Source of the DNA: Octopus vulgaris
Lineage: Eukaryota
Assembly (NCBI GenBank): GCA_951406725.2
Contig: OX597832.1
Coordinates: forward strand, 16,182,001-16,246,000
DNA length: 64,000 nucleotides
Reading direction: 5' to 3'
The notes beneath the pieces were generated by a model that worked only from the letters and a program-made list of their open reading frames with translations, had not been told where the DNA came from and searched no databases. Position 1 is the first letter of the stretch, and each line of letters opens with the position of its first letter. The position numbers were made by a program, and so were the translations under genes. Positions 1-12,496 of this stretch are shown here, in pieces.

Positions 1-930
1 CCCATTGCGTAAGGCAATCAACATTCTTCAGCGTATTTGTTGAATACTTAAGCATTAAATGAAGAGCGGCGAATTGGCAGAGTCGTGAGAATGGTGGACA
101 AAATACCTAAAGTTATCGGATTGTACATCTTGCCGAGGAGAATATTGCAACGTAATAATTGTGACCACAATTCCGTTCATGTACGTAACACAGACGGAAC
201 TTATACAAACACATACGTAATGTTCGTATGGCCTCCTGATAAATGAGCTACTGTATCTCGCTTGCTGAAATATTTAGTTTCTTCTGTTTGAGGACAAAAA
301 CCTTATTATTCTCAGTGTACTACTGAAGCTTCATAATATAGTTATAATGGAACACAAAGTAGTTTCTATGAGAAGAAATCGGTCGGCAAATACAGTTCTT
401 CTCAAATGTTATCGGCAAACTGCATTGCTATCATCTCTTACACTACAGAAAATTCCATATTTACGATATATGCAGCACTAAAAAAGTGAAAACTAAAACA
501 AGACAAACACAAATTTAACTCAAATTTTCCACATGTTCAAATGTTGGTGGATTAATTTATGAAACTTGAACTTTGAATATTAGGCGAATTAGTAGGGATG
601 GATAATTCACTCAAACTTAATTCACGGTAGATTACAGAAATGTATACAATAAATTTTATTAATAAATATTGTTTTTGGTCTGCGGCTTATCTCCCGTCAT
701 TAGATTCTTTTTTCTTCTATTCCTTAAAATTATTGATATTTTTTTTAGTATCACAGTAAATTTGTATCATGTATATTGTTAGTTTATGACAGATCATACT
801 TTGAATCACTAGAGTAGTAAGATTATATCTTGCAAATTGTGTCACTGTATTTCTCCTAAAATATAGTCTTTCTCGACATACGCAAGCCGAACAAGCATTA
901 AATTACCAGAAAATAATATAATCGAGGAAA

Positions 931-978
931 TTCAATAAGAACAGTTCAATAAGAACAGTTCAATAAGAACAGTTCAAT
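931..978. repeat. 14-bp tandem repeat (TTCAATAAGAACAG) x3 plus a partial unit
   Basis: Direct reading of three consecutive identical units. Confidence 0.9.
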
Positions 979-1302
979 TACAAAACTCGGGGAGAATAGA
1001 GGCAGTGTTACAGCGGTGAGGGCGAGAAGAAAGTCAAAACTAGAATGGTTATGTGTGGGTGAACAACCAAACATATGTATTATCTCCCTCGCGAGAAGAA
1101 GAAAATATGAATTACTTATTTCAAAAGCCATATTTCAAAAGCACCGTATTTCATAACTTGCTCATTGACGTCATGCATACGCATGCTATGTATACAATAA
1201 ATTGGGAAGTTTTGAAAGGGAATGTTATACAAACACTACACATAATGATATCATTAATAAAATGCCTTGATAACCATTAGCAATAATGCTTCAAATACAA
1301 TG

Positions 1303-1800
1303 TGGCGAGCTGGCAGAAACGTTAGCACACCGAGCGAAAGGCTTAGTCGTATTTCGTCTGCCGTTATGTTCTGAGTTCAAATTCCGCCAAGGCCGACTTT
1401 GCCTTTTAACCCTTTCAGGGTCGATTACATAAGTTCCAGTTACGCACTGGGGTCGATGTAATCAACTTAATCCGTTTGTCTGTCCTTGCTTGTTCTCTCT
1501 GTGTTTAGCCCCTTGTGGGTAGTAAGGAAATAGGTATTTCGTATGTCTTTATGTTCTGAGTTCAAATTCTGCCGACGTAGACTTTACTTTTCCTGCTTTC
1601 GGAGTCTATAAATTAAGTACCAGTTACGCGCTAGGGTCGATGTAATCGATTTAATCCCTTTGTCTGTCCTTGATTGTCCCCTCTATGATTAGCTCCATGT
1701 GAGCAATAAAAAAATAACAAACGTTGGGACGCCGGGCGAAATGCTTAGTGGTATTTCGTCTGTCTTTATGTTCCGAGTTCAAATTCCGCCTGTCTTTATG
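1303..1800 (+). mobile_element. tRNA-derived SINE with Deu/Nin-like central domain, composite of about 2.5 units
   Basis: A-box-like TGGCAGAAACGTT and B-box-like GAGTTCAAATTCC, then GCCTTTTAACCCTTTCAGGGTCGATTACATAAGTTCCAG, which matches the Deu/Nin domain as I recall it. The unit restarts at about 1533 and about 1718. Homologous to 24741, 36079 and 56930. Confidence 0.85.
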
Positions 1801-1929
1801 GTCTGTGTTGTTGTTGTTGTTGTTGTTGGTGGTGGTGGTTTTGGTGGTGATGTTGTTGTTGTTGGTGGTGTAGGTGGTGGTGTTGTTATTGCTGTTGTTG
1901 TTGTTGTAATTATTATTATTATTATTATT

Positions 1930-2510
1930 CAGTAGTTTTATTTTTATAGCGTGCTTTCACTTCACTACCGAGCGCAGCTCTGTGTGCCTTGGGTATGTGC
2001 TGTGATTTGTTGTGATGCTCTGATGGTTATTGTATGGAAAGTGTTCTGCATAGGATGTGTGCAGTGCCTAGTAGTGCAATTTTCTGTATGTTATATGTGT
2101 TTGTAAGTCCTGGTGTTTTTGTTATGTATTTGTCTGAAAATTTTTTTATCATGCCTAATGCACCTACTATGATAGGAATTGTTTCTGTTTTCAGGTCCCA
2201 CATTCTAGTTACCTCTATTTCCAGGTCTTTGTATTTTGAGAGTTCCTCCATTTCTTTTAGAGACACGTTGTCATCTGCCGGTATTGATACATCAATTAGA
2301 ATGCATTTTTTTCTTCATGATCTCTGACAACTATATCTGGTCTGTTGGCCTTAATTTCTCTATCTGTGTGTATCGGCATATCCCAGAGTATGGTTGCTTT
2401 CTCGTTTTCTGTGACCTTTTCTGGTGTGTGCCTATACCACCTTTTTTCTGTTGTTATTCCATAATGTTGGCATAGCTTCCAATGTATGTAGGTTCCAACT
2501 CTGTCATGTC
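1930..2510 (-). mobile_element. 5'-truncated R4/Dong-clade non-LTR retrotransposon (restriction-like endonuclease domain + 3' UTR)
   Basis: ORFs 2296-2616 and 2027-2266 give RHDRVGTYIHWKLC...ILWDMPIHTDREIKANRPDIVV and KEMEELSKYKDLEIE...IPIIVGALG...IQKIALLGTAHIL, the RHD / PD..D / K..KY signature of the RLE, with a frameshift. Bounded by (TAA)n on both sides. Confidence 0.88.

Positions 2511-2595
<85 letters not shown>
2511..2595. repeat. (TAA)n microsatellite between two R4/Dong-like elements
   Basis: About 28 pure TTA units. Confidence 0.95.
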
Positions 2596-2598
<3 letters not shown>

Positions 2599-4915
2599 TA
2601 GACTTATTTTTATCACATCATTTCACTGAATTACCGATGGCAGCTCCGTGTGACTTGCGTTTGCGTGGTGGTTTGTTGTGGCGATTCTATTTTCACTGTA
2701 TTGAAGGTGGTTTACTTAAGATGTGTGCGGTTCCTATTAGTGATATATTATTCAGGCACTATGTTCTTGGAAGTCCTGGAGTTTTTGTTATGTCTTTTCT
2801 TTTGCTATCATCCATATTTCGACTTCTAGAATAGGAATTATTTCTGTTTTTAGGCTCTACATTCGAGTTCCCTCTATTTCCAAATCTTTGTATTTTGAAA
2901 ATGCCTTCCTTTCTTTTAGAGATACATTGTCAACTGCTGTTATTGATATATCAGTTAGAAAACATTTTTCATCGTGATCACTGACACATGTATCCTGCTT
3001 ATCAATATAGATTTCTCTATCTCTGTATAAGCATATCCTGTGGTTACCTTTTCGTTTTCTGTCACCTTTTCTGGCGTGTTTCTATATCATCGTTTTTGTT
3101 GTTATTCCATAGTTTGGGATTCCTGTATTGTGAATATATTTTTCTTAGTCAGTTAGCCAGACACAATTTGATATTCTGCAGTTACATGTATTTCCTTCCA
3201 ATATGTATGTTTTCTGATTTCTAGTGGAAAGGCATTGGTCTTGTGATGCAATTAAACATAATTTAGTCTCTGCTTTGAGCCCTGATATTCTCAGCTATCG
3301 TTGTCATTTTGCTTTGTCTATTTATTTCATTTCTATATTAACTTTATATTTTCCACGTATAGGCTTTTATTGTCATCGGTTATTCATGATCCGTTGCTGT
3401 TCTAGTTTTAATTTAAATTTCAGTTGTTTTACAGCTCTTGTCCTTTCTTCTTTTCATTTCTAGTTGTTAGGTATTATGATATCTTGTTTGTATTTTTCAG
3501 CTTCCTTAAAGACAGAAAAAACAGTGTTTTAATTTGTTCGTGTTTCGTGCCTATTTGCATCAGCTTTCTTGCTTCTGAAAGACGTATTTCTGAATTCTCA
3601 TGTGGTTATTATGTAATTTTCTAGCTGTATATAGTCTACACTACCTTAAATACTTTGTATATATAACTTTTCTACGTCAGATTTTAGGTAGCGCATCTGA
3701 ACCCTGTCATTGTTTTTCATGCTTTCCTGTCTATTTTGATTAGTTTATTGAGAGCCCAGTCAATAATATTGTAGACGTAACTTATAACAGGGACGGCTAG
3801 AGTGTTCATATTTATTATATTGTTTTTCGCATTGAGCTCTGTTTTCAGTATTAATCTACTTCGCCTATAATATTCCTTTCTTCTGCTCTCTTTCATTTGT
3901 ATGCGTTGCATCGTATCTAGTACAGTGATTCCTAAGTATTTATATGTCTGGCTTTGGTCTAATTCTCTTATTTCATTCCTCTTCTAATGTGGATGGCTTT
4001 GTTTTTTTATGAGCCCCACATTTGTCTGGAGCTGTAACACTGTCTGCCATTTATTCATGGAATGTTTTATATATTTTTATGATTATTGGTGCTATCTTGT
4101 TCGTGGCTACAGTTTCTAAGATCAATGTCTGGTGAATACTATCGAAAGCATTTCGGTAATGTATCCAGGACATACTTAGACCTTTCTTCTTTCTTCAGTT
4201 ATAGCTTCATTGATCTTTGGTTGATATTTACAGCAGTATGAGCCCTTGTAGCATCCCTTCTGCTCTTCTGGAAATAAGTTGTTTTCTGCCAGATGCTTGA
4301 GCATTATCTGAGATTTTATTGCAGTAATGGCTTTAGGAATTCTAAGGAGACAGGTTATAGGTCTGTAATTTTGTGGGTTTGTTAATTCAGTGGATTTGGG
4401 CATTAGGGTGGTTTACCCTTTCGTGGGCATTTCAGGCATTGTCTCTGGCCGTATCAGCAGTTTCATATACTTTCTCAGCCATCTTTTTGCATTCCCCTGA
4501 GGTATTTTAACCAAAGGTTGGGTATCTTATCGTACCCCGCTGCCTTCCAATTGCTTAGCTTTTGCAGGGCCCGGGTGACCTCTTCATTCGTTATAGGGAT
4601 CCAGATTTGTTCAAGTACTGAGTTTGATGTTTTGAAAGATCTTTTCACCGACCATATCACTTTCGAAAATGCTGGCACTTCTTTTGTTGTAGCTTCCAAT
4701 GTATATAGGTCCCGTTCGACTTGTGTCATCACCACTAAGGGACATGTTCATCTGGTTCAGATCAAGTAACTGATTAGCAAATCTGTGGTATTTAGCAGAA
4801 TATTTGCTGTAGCCCATCTTTTATACCAAGACAGTACATTTTACAGGGTGAAACTTCCAATCAGTTAAGACAGAAGCCATGACAGCCACTGCCTGGTACT
4901 GCATCAGCGAAATCG

Positions 4916-4916
<1 letters not shown>
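2596..4916 (-). mobile_element. Degenerate, internally deleted R4/Dong-clade retrotransposon (RT + RLE remnants)
   Basis: Minus-strand peptides: NEEVTRALQKLSNWKAAGYDKIPNLWLK, PQNYRPITCL, EEQKGC, LSMSWIHYRNAFDSIH (about 4130-4180), QTYKYLGIT (about 3925-3950) and KEYYRRSRLILKTELNAKN. The 3' part is homologous to 1930-2510. RT motifs 4-5 appear deleted. Confidence 0.85.
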
Positions 4917-4917
<1 letters not shown>

Positions 4918-4980
<63 letters not shown>

Positions 4981-5004
4981 TTATCATTTTATTATTAGTC
5001 GTAT

Positions 5005-5071
<67 letters not shown>

Positions 5072-5072
5072 C

Positions 5073-5131
<59 letters not shown>
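4918..5131. repeat. (ATT)n followed by (TAG)n microsatellites
   Basis: Direct reading. Confidence 0.95.
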
Positions 5132-5132
<1 letters not shown>

Positions 5133-7751
5133 AGCCAGCACAGTGGCGTCATGTGCAGTGGCAACTGCAGTATTTGGGTCCATACTAAGTTTTCGCTGCT
5201 GATTGGTCTACCATAATTGCACATGGACTTTTGAAGGCTATTTTTATCACGGGTAGTTCTGCATAAACGCATGTTTACCTATACTTTCTCTATACGTTCA
5301 TGTTATTTCATATGCCATCCTCTGATGTTCTTCCTTTTATCCTTATCACTCAACCTCACACACATTTTTATTCCTTTCTTTGCTCCCTGCCCATATATTG
5401 TTCATGTGACAAGCAACTTTGTACTTCAAAGCGTATTTCTTTTATCTCTTAAATTTTCTAAGCCCAACATCCCCGTAAGTAAGTTTGCTTTTCAACCTCT
5501 AAGTGTCGAGAAAATAAAGTTCTATGAAATAATAACATGGCTGATGTCACCATCCACTTCCCTGAAATTGGCTTTCCCTCTGAAAAAAATTATAGTAGTA
5601 AAGACATGAGCGCTAGAAGAAGAATGCAGTTTTTCAGATTGCTCAAATAATGGATGTCCGAAATTGCAACTCCAAGAAAAGGCCTTTTCTCAATAATCTG
5701 ACCGTCTGTTAGTGAAATATTTGATTTATAAGAAACTGATGAAAGGTAATACAATATCATTACAATTCGTCTTTCTTTCTCTCTACCCTCTCTCTCAGTC
5801 TCTTTCTTTTTCTCACATCTGTCATCCTAATACTTATGATTTAGTTGACTACGACCTATTGTTTGAATTGACGGTAAAACTTTTTTGTAACACTGTCTAG
5901 GGATTTGCTATATATAACTGCAGCCTGCCGTTGTAATTTTCTGGTAGTCTGTCTATCTCTAGACACATACACAATCACGCACGCTCAACAAACATATAAG
6001 CGTGCACATATATATATATATATATGTGTGTTTATATGTGTATGTATATATGTACGTTTGTGTGTGTGTGTGTGTTTGTGTGTGTGTTTATGTATTCTTC
6101 TTTTTGTGTATCCATATAACAACACACAATCTCACCTCTTTCCTTTGATCAACAATTGGAGAGCTTTTTTCAAAAGTTGATTGTTGGATTCGCATTATTC
6201 ACACCAAATATATGATGGCACTCGATCGAAGTGAATTCTTCATCACTCATATTTAAATTCGTCAGTTCAATTGAAACTATAATTTTCGATTTTTTTTTTT
6301 GGATTTTTTTCTTCATTTTCTTTAATGAAAAACATCTGAAAGTATTTTGTTTGCGGAGGAATTTTTTATTCGATTGCGTCGTGATACTAAAGTATTCGAT
6401 AGATCCTAGCGTAATGTCAGTCATTTCATAAACCCTTTATATGGATGTCTTCAGTATTATATTAATAATTCTGATAATATCTCCCCAGGCATTCAACCTG
6501 TTTTGGAGGCTTGCTGCCTCTGACGAATTGCCTCATAGAAAAGAATACATAAACTTTGCTGGCTTTTCATTATCTATATGATTTTCACTTGGCCGATTCC
6601 CGAGTCAGCTAAATATATGCTGATAAGGTATATTCTTATGGTCATCGAAAAACAACTTTTCAGACCATGTTTTCACTTACGCGCACGTACCACAAGCGTT
6701 AACTTATTTTCTGATACTTGACAACTTTAAGGCAAGTTCGCAGCTAATATCGAAGACGCGAAATCTGATTATTTGTAGATCGACTTCCGATATTGCATCA
6801 ATAGGCTAAAGGATTTCATTTAGGTACAATTGATGGTTCCTTTACACTGCATTTTCAATTTTTCTAAAATCAATTTTGCATTAAATACATCTAAATCAAA
6901 CTTGCCTTGCGCTCGGGGAATTAAGGCAAGGAATTATAAAACTATGTAAGTGCCCTGCGGAATTCGAAAAACATCAAATACGATATATTCAAAAATGTAA
7001 CTATAAAAAAACCGACAATATCAAATCTAAATTTTAAAAATTCGCGTTTCAGAGTAACTTTATTTAGGATTCCAGTTGCTTATGGCCTACAAGCTCAAGT
7101 TATTAAACATGGCGATAAATGATTTCTTTCAAAATGTAAAATATTTTACTTTTTGCACACATCCACTGAACTAGAACCCGTCATGGAGTAAAATATTGGA
7201 AACATTAGTCCTATTCAGTTTGCTAAGATGTTTATGCGTATTCACATACTAGCTTAAGTGTTCTCCTTTGCGATGAGTCTAAATACCCCTTCTTCTTGAA
7301 TTAATACAGAACAGATTCCAACTGCATTTATGTACTTAATCACTTTCTACTTCGCTTGGTTTAACCTTAGGTCTCCACCGGATGTATCATCCATAACGTC
7401 AACGACATAAGAAGGACTGAAATGGTCAATTAGTTTCGAATAAAATGGCTTGAATGATAATGTATAGTAATAAATCCCACTGCTATTTTGCGATTCTTTG
7501 TTATTTGAGTGCATTTGGGTGCAACGTTTTATTAAGTGATGAAGAATTTTTTTTTGTTTCTATTTACTATGAAATGCCTCATTAGTTTGAATGGTTAATA
7601 ACTTGACAATTTTGAACTTCTGAAAGGTGGATGATCTGTAAATCTGGGTGAATTAAAAGCAACAAAATAATTTGTTGAGTGTCCGTTAGCTGCCTTGCAC
7701 TGGTTGGGCATTAGTTCTAAAATCTGTCCATTGTGTTGTCTGTGTGTGTGA

Positions 7752-7783
<32 letters not shown>

Positions 7784-7961
7784 TCGTCTAAGGAAGAGGC
7801 CTCATCTCGCTATTTTGAAGTGGAGAGTAAAGGTTTCGATCATCCTCTTTATCTCGTTTTCCATCTCTCCCCAAAGTATTGCAGTTTTGCGTATACCAAT
7901 TCCTTAGTTTCTAACTAACGGTATTACCCTATTAACTTTCTATAACACAGGATAATATATT

Positions 7962-8027
<66 letters not shown>

Positions 8028-8028
<1 letters not shown>

Positions 8029-8955
8029 GGTGCGTAAGACATTCGAGTACATTTATGTTTATAATAAACGGATACATGATAACAGATTATAACTTTATCA
8101 GAATTTGCTGTGAGGATAAAAAATTAACTTCTTTTCTAGAGTGTTATTCAATAAAGCCTCCGTCAGCTTCAGTAACAGCTACTATATGAGCTCTAAGTCA
8201 TCTACATGTTCGAATCAAGTGGCCCTGGTTCATTTGGGATATTACTACGACACATGCCAACTTTCAAAGAATCTTTCGTGTTATGGGCGTAAACATTGCC
8301 CTCTCTCTCAGCAACGCTCCACATGTAATCGTCTAATGTATTGAGGACTGGGGAATTAAGAATAGAAATGTTAGGGATTATGTGATCATAAATATTTTCA
8401 GCCAACATTCCTGTGTTACTTGAGGATTGTGTGATAGGGCAGAGCCTTACTAAAACACATATGACCTTCCATTGTATACACTGTCTATCCAGGACTTAAC
8501 AATTATTTCCAGGACCTCAATATAGGCGGTGGAGGTAACTCTAATGCCTTGTTGAAAGAAGAAAGGAAGAATAACATGTCCTTCATTTTTAACAACCCCT
8601 AAAATTATGACGGGAAATTGTATATGCATAACACTTTGAACTTCAGAAGGGTCTGCACATAAGCAGCTGTCATTTTTTCTGGTAACTCTTTGATCTTGCT
8701 CGCAGTTTGAGAAAATGCAAATCAAATCTTCTGCTGGATATTTCAGTTTGTTTAACAACATTTTAGAAGTAATGTGGTCATTTTCCTTTTACTTTTGCTG
8801 ATAAATTGACCTTTCCTCATCATATAAGACTTATATCTGATGACTTTGTGAACAACATATCTGATTGTTACTTGTGAGACATGAAGATCTTTTGCAATTG
8901 ACCTCATGAACTTTCTGTGATTGTAATCAATGGTCTGTTGAACTACTCTAATAAA
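8028..8955 (-). mobile_element. Tc1/mariner-superfamily DD37D (maT-like) transposase remnant
   Basis: ORFs 8450-8761 and 8202-8408 give QDQRVTRKND..LCADPSEV..VMH..FP...LGVV.NEGHV...YIEVLE.IVK.WI....YVF(QQD mutated)SA.SH and NSPVLNTLDDYMWS. After repairing one frameshift, 37 residues separate the second and third catalytic D positions. Abuts a (TA)n tract. Confidence 0.82.
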
Positions 8956-9574
8956 ATACAGAAAAAGAAAAATATAATAGACTTTGTTTACATATGGGAA
9001 TTACAAATCTTAAGAGTAATAGAATAGAAGAGTAAAGTAGGTACTTTTTAGAAAACCAAAACTTTGAAGTAAAATTGGAAATTAAATTTTAAAACGTTGT
9101 AGAAGAAAAATGTACGTAAACATAGAGACAAAATATTCGTAAAAGAAAAGAAAGAAATAATACAAAGAAATGGAAGTAACGATAATAATGAAAGAAAGAA
9201 AGAAATGAGGTAAGAAATTAAAACCAAAGAGATAAGACGAATGTGAAAAGAGAATAAAAGCGATAGAAAGAAATGAGGTGCGCTGAAATTAAAATCAGAA
9301 GTGGGGAGTGAAGAGAAACGTCGTCAGTATTAGCAAATATATGTACCAATATGTAAGTTATTAAAAAGCGACAAGTAAGTAGCGAGACAAAAAGGGCGAA
9401 CTTCTGATGTACATGAGAATTTGTTTGCAGTGCTAATTAAAACGTTATATGCATAACAGCATGCACACAAATACTGTCTCCCACTTTGAATGCGTTTAAA
9501 CGATATTTTTTGCCGTTTGCAAAACTTTTCTTCCGCATTATGATCGGTAAATATATATATAATAAAAATAGTAA

Positions 9575-9780
9575 ATGCGCCCTTTTAAAGCCTAGCCAGG
9601 TTCATGGGCCCGGTTTCCAGGTTTCTATGGCGTATGAGTTCCCCAGTTTGACGGGACGCCAGTCCATCGCAGCGTTACACATTTTTGCCAGCTGAGTGGA
9701 ACGCGTCGCCCGGTCCAGGAATCGAAACCACAATCTTACGATCATGATAATGATACCCTAAGAACTAAGCCTTGCACCTC

Positions 9781-9783
<3 letters not shown>
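9575..9783 (-). mobile_element. tRNA-derived SINE (same head as 59218), central CORE-like segment deleted
   Basis: Minus strand GGAGGTGCAAGGCTTAG...GTGGTTTCGATTCCTGGACCGGGCGACGCGT matches the head at 59218-59300. It lacks the GTGTTCTTGAGCAAAACA segment seen there. Confidence 0.7.
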
Positions 9784-9846
<63 letters not shown>

Positions 9847-9949
9847 TATAAAAAAATATATAGTTATTTATTTATATATGTATTGATAGATATAAGTAGC
9901 TACGCTTTTACTATAATAACAAAGCTAAAATTACAGAGAATAATGAAGG

Positions 9950-10628
9950 CCCTTGGCACAAATTGACCTTCAATCCCGATGGGCATGTGCCTTATGTCTC
10001 CTCGTTCTGGCTCATTTCCAGATGCATTTACCATGACAGTGAATCGTCATTATATTTTTCCCAAAGCTTGGCGATACTTACTAAGTTTCCAAAAAAATTT
10101 CATCCTCTCTATCAAGGAGATCTTCTGCAATTGAAACCTGAGCGTCTTTTCGGTCAGATGAAAGCAATTTTGGCACCAACGTTGTAGACACGCGTCTGAA
10201 GCCCAAATCGTCAGTGATAATGGAGGGAACTGAACATTAACTTATATGCACATTCTCTGATATCTTACGGATGGTGATTTAACGATATCTCCACACAGCT
10301 GCACGCACTTCAGTGATATTTCCTCTCAGTTTTGCCGGTTGCAGGTCTCCTACAACATTCATCAATATCGACGTTTTTTCGGCCATCTTGGAAACGTCTT
10401 GAACCACTCGTACACATGTATTTCCTTTATACACTCTTCCCCCACACACTATCTGCAACTGTGTATAGGTCTCTAATCAGGTATCGCAATGACGACTTTC
10501 TCTGTCATGGTCAATGCGACGGTCACACGCTACACATCTTCCTTGCAAACATCAGAATTGTGCTGTAACGTAAAAACTTAGAGTATAAAAATAGAGTATA
10601 AGGGCAATCTGTAATGGATTACCTCGTG
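9950..10628 (-). mobile_element. mariner (DD34D-type) transposase N-terminal remnant with probable terminal repeat
   Basis: Minus-strand reading across frameshifts: ETYTQLQIVCGEECIKEIHVYEWFKTFQDGRKNVDIDE..PATGKTE.NITEVRAAV...ITIRKISENVHIS...IITDDLGFRRVSTTLVPKLLS (HTH + WVPKLL-like linker). The end CACGAGGTAATCC abuts TA at 10629. Confidence 0.75.
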
Positions 10629-12329
10629 TATATATATATATATATATATATATACACAAGAGGTAATCCATTATATTATATATATATATATATATATAAA
10701 TGTTGTGAAAAATTTTCTGGTTATTATAAATAGTATGCATGTGTGTATGTGTCTGTATGCATAAACGTATATATGTACATATATTATATGCACGTACATA
10801 CATACGTCTGTGTGTTGTGTGTGTGCATTCAGTTCAATTTCATTAACTTTCACGTACAGATTCAAACTGATGACATCTCACATATCGCGGAGACAATCGA
10901 CATCATGACAAGTATTGTGACTCCAGTGATCACTTTGACGTGGATGATAATCTATGCTAGAGATATACGATGTATATGTAAAAATTTGCCCGGAATTGAA
11001 ATTATCATAATAATTGTCATTTACTACTTTCTCATGTATATAATTTCACAACTAAATACTCAACGGACATGGACTACCTCTAGATACGCATCCTTTACTC
11101 AAATAATTCCATGCTATATTACAACCATTTCTATCATATGTAATATAATTTAGAATTCGTGCTGAATTTCCATATTTGATATATTTCTATTAGTTGTAGA
11201 AGGATACACTTAATTTCATATCTAGCCTGTGCATATTATGCTCATTTCTCAGAGCATTGTAAGAAGGAAACGCTCTAACCAACATCGCAGAGAATTACAC
11301 CAAATATACGACGTCAATGTTATCAATTAACTGTAAGGTATAGAGCCTCGAAGACTTTACTAAAGGCGTACGGTATAGTGGATTTATAGAGGCAGAAATT
11401 CCTTGCCACATATCAGAAGATACGACCAAACCTTTAAAATATTCTTTATTTCATACTCTTCGAAGTCATATACGTTCACAAGTATAGTGATATAGAATGA
11501 TGTGTATTAATCTTCCTCATATATCAATCGAAATTACAAATAACAGATAAAATGATCAATAAAACGACATTGAAACGACCTCTTATCTAATTCAAACATT
11601 CCAGAATTTCTATTGACGACTTCCCAACCCATTCTTTTTAGCAAGCTATTAATTGTACGTTAATTCACATATATCATTCTGAAACTACACAATAATTTTA
11701 CATTATCGTTTCTCATATTAAGGAAGAGTTTATTGTAAACATCAAAACTAAAAGTCAACACTATTAATTTCACATCACAAACAAATATATATATATCAAT
11801 GATGTTTGTTCAAATGAGTTTTGTGATTCATATTTCACTTTCAATGGCATTAGTGAAAGTTAATGTGGTATATCATATTTGACAAAAATTGAGTAATAAT
11901 CTCAGGACAGACTTGATTATTTGTGATAAGATTATTGGCTCACTTTTATGTCACATTGACTTAAAAATATATTGAGACGAGGAATACGCCACCCCTCCCC
12001 GTCCAATGAACGGTGCTGAGTTGTCAAACATTTAGACCAAACTTTCTCAAAGAAATTTGTCCGACCGTCCCATAGGCCAACCTTTTCATAAACACTGATT
12101 TAACCTATATTTCTATTCCAAAGTAAAAGGATTTTATTCACAGAAATATGCAACCGAAGAGTTTAAATTACCAGTAATGATAAGGCTATTGACTGGGAGA
12201 ACACAAACATGATTTAAACAGTAAGCTTGGCAGGAAAGAAACGTGCCTTTAAGCAGTACAAAAACAACAAAAATGGAAGGAGCAGTTATGTACAGGTTGA
12301 CGGAAGAAAAGCAGGACAAAAACGTCTTA

Positions 12330-12496
12330 TCGATCGCATTCTCACTCGGAATCGATTTTTGTGATTTTTGCAAGATTTCTACACGCCCTGATACAGTCGG
12401 TATCTACGTATCAAATTTGAGCGCAATCGGATGGAGGATGCCCAAAATTCTAGAAGACACAAACACACACACACAGAACGGATTTTATATAATAGA
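12330..12496 (-). mobile_element. 5' end of a non-autonomous Helitron-like element
   Basis: Minus strand begins A^TCTATTATATAAAATCCGTTCTGTGTGTG...CCGATTGCGCTCAAATTTG, the same architecture as the 5' end of 54907-55288. 3' end not located. Confidence 0.5.

Noticed and set aside
931-978. Regular short repeats resembling a CRISPR array
   Set aside because: Head-to-tail 14-mer with no spacers, in eukaryotic DNA with no cas genes.
1303-1390. tRNA genes at SINE heads (also 36079, 55763, 56930, 59218)
   Set aside because: A/B boxes are present, but no convincing cloverleaf, and each continues into SINE body sequence.
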